Shown piece after piece: positions 34,871 through 35,677 of a stretch of 35,677 nucleotides of DNA; positions within the stretch are counted from its first letter, which is position 1; each line of letters opens with the position of its first letter. Made by a program: the position numbers and the translations under genes. This stretch comes from Octopus bimaculoides (taxonomy: Eukaryota). The stretch spans positions 174,546,734 through 174,582,410 of the forward strand of contig NC_068982.1 in the NCBI RefSeq assembly GCF_001194135.2, written 5' to 3'. The notes beneath the pieces were generated by a model, which was not told where the DNA came from, made no database searches, and saw nothing but the letters and a program-made list of their open reading frames with translations.

Positions 34871-35631
34871 TATTTCACCTTCAGGAACAAAGTTTTGATA
34901 AAACTAGTTCTCGGATATTGCAGCAGCCATGCAAAACATATTGTTCGTCAACCAATGGACTGGAAGGATATTTTACTCAATCCTCTCACAGCACACGGAT
35001 TAAGAGTTTTATTAATAAATAATGGCTTCAAAAATCAATCACCTAATGCATTACAGCTTACTAATAATGACTATGCAATTTTTAAAAGCGACGAATATAG
35101 TATCAGTTTTTCTGTTTTTGATATAAAAGTTCTCTTGGCATTATATTGCCGAATAGACCAATGTCATTAATGTTAAATATTTATATTAAATAATAGGAAC
35201 CTTCTTCAATTATTTTACCTATTTGTGGCCCAAATTCTTTAGTAGTTTTCTTGTCGCCTACAGATCTTATTGTAGATTCTGCTCTTATATTGACTCATAT
35301 TTTTTCCTTCGTTTATATTAAAAGGTTTCGCTGTTTCTGTTACATTTTTTTCATCTTGGAGTTGTTTGTATATCTCTATTTCCAGAGAAAATGAACTTTT
35401 AGGTTTGACATTTATAATTCAATTATTCAGTTTTGAAAATAGTTAGCATAATATAAAATACAAATCTAAATTGTGTTACTTTATCTATGGAAGAAGAGAG
35501 ACGAAAGTAAAAAAAAAAAATTGGAAAACCAAAACATACCGAAATAAAACCGTGTAAATCGAGGTACAACTGTACACACATACATACATGTATGTTTATG
35601 TGTGTGTGTATATAATTGCATATGTATGTGA

Positions 35632-35677
<46 letters not shown>

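Overview
This is eukaryotic, AT-rich, repeat-saturated DNA, intronic or intergenic, with nine N-gaps (about 3.6 kb) that are mostly bordered by (TA)n or (CA)n. The SINE families and microsatellite load suggest a cephalopod, probably Octopus (inference from recall, not searched). I find no confidently supported host protein-coding gene. Almost all ORFs in the track are microsatellite, N-gap or decayed-transposon artefacts. Recognisable content: two decayed hAT transposases, an internally deleted mariner with intact TIRs and TA TSD, a decayed Tc1, a Tx1/L1-clade LINE fragment, several Dong/R4-clade (RLE) retrotransposon pieces tied to (CATA)n arrays, Penelope-like (PLE) fragments, a possible solo LTR, a Helitron-like non-autonomous element, and more than 15 tRNA-derived SINE copies of several families, including a dimeric SINE present twice. 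The most interesting signal is RNA-level: several minimal type I hammerhead ribozyme motifs on the minus strand. One has a perfect core (7542-7614). One lies inside a tRNA-headed SINE (27111-27156), which suggests a Pol III SINE carrying a PLE-type self-cleaving ribozyme. Repeat boundaries were read by eye and may be off by tens of bases.
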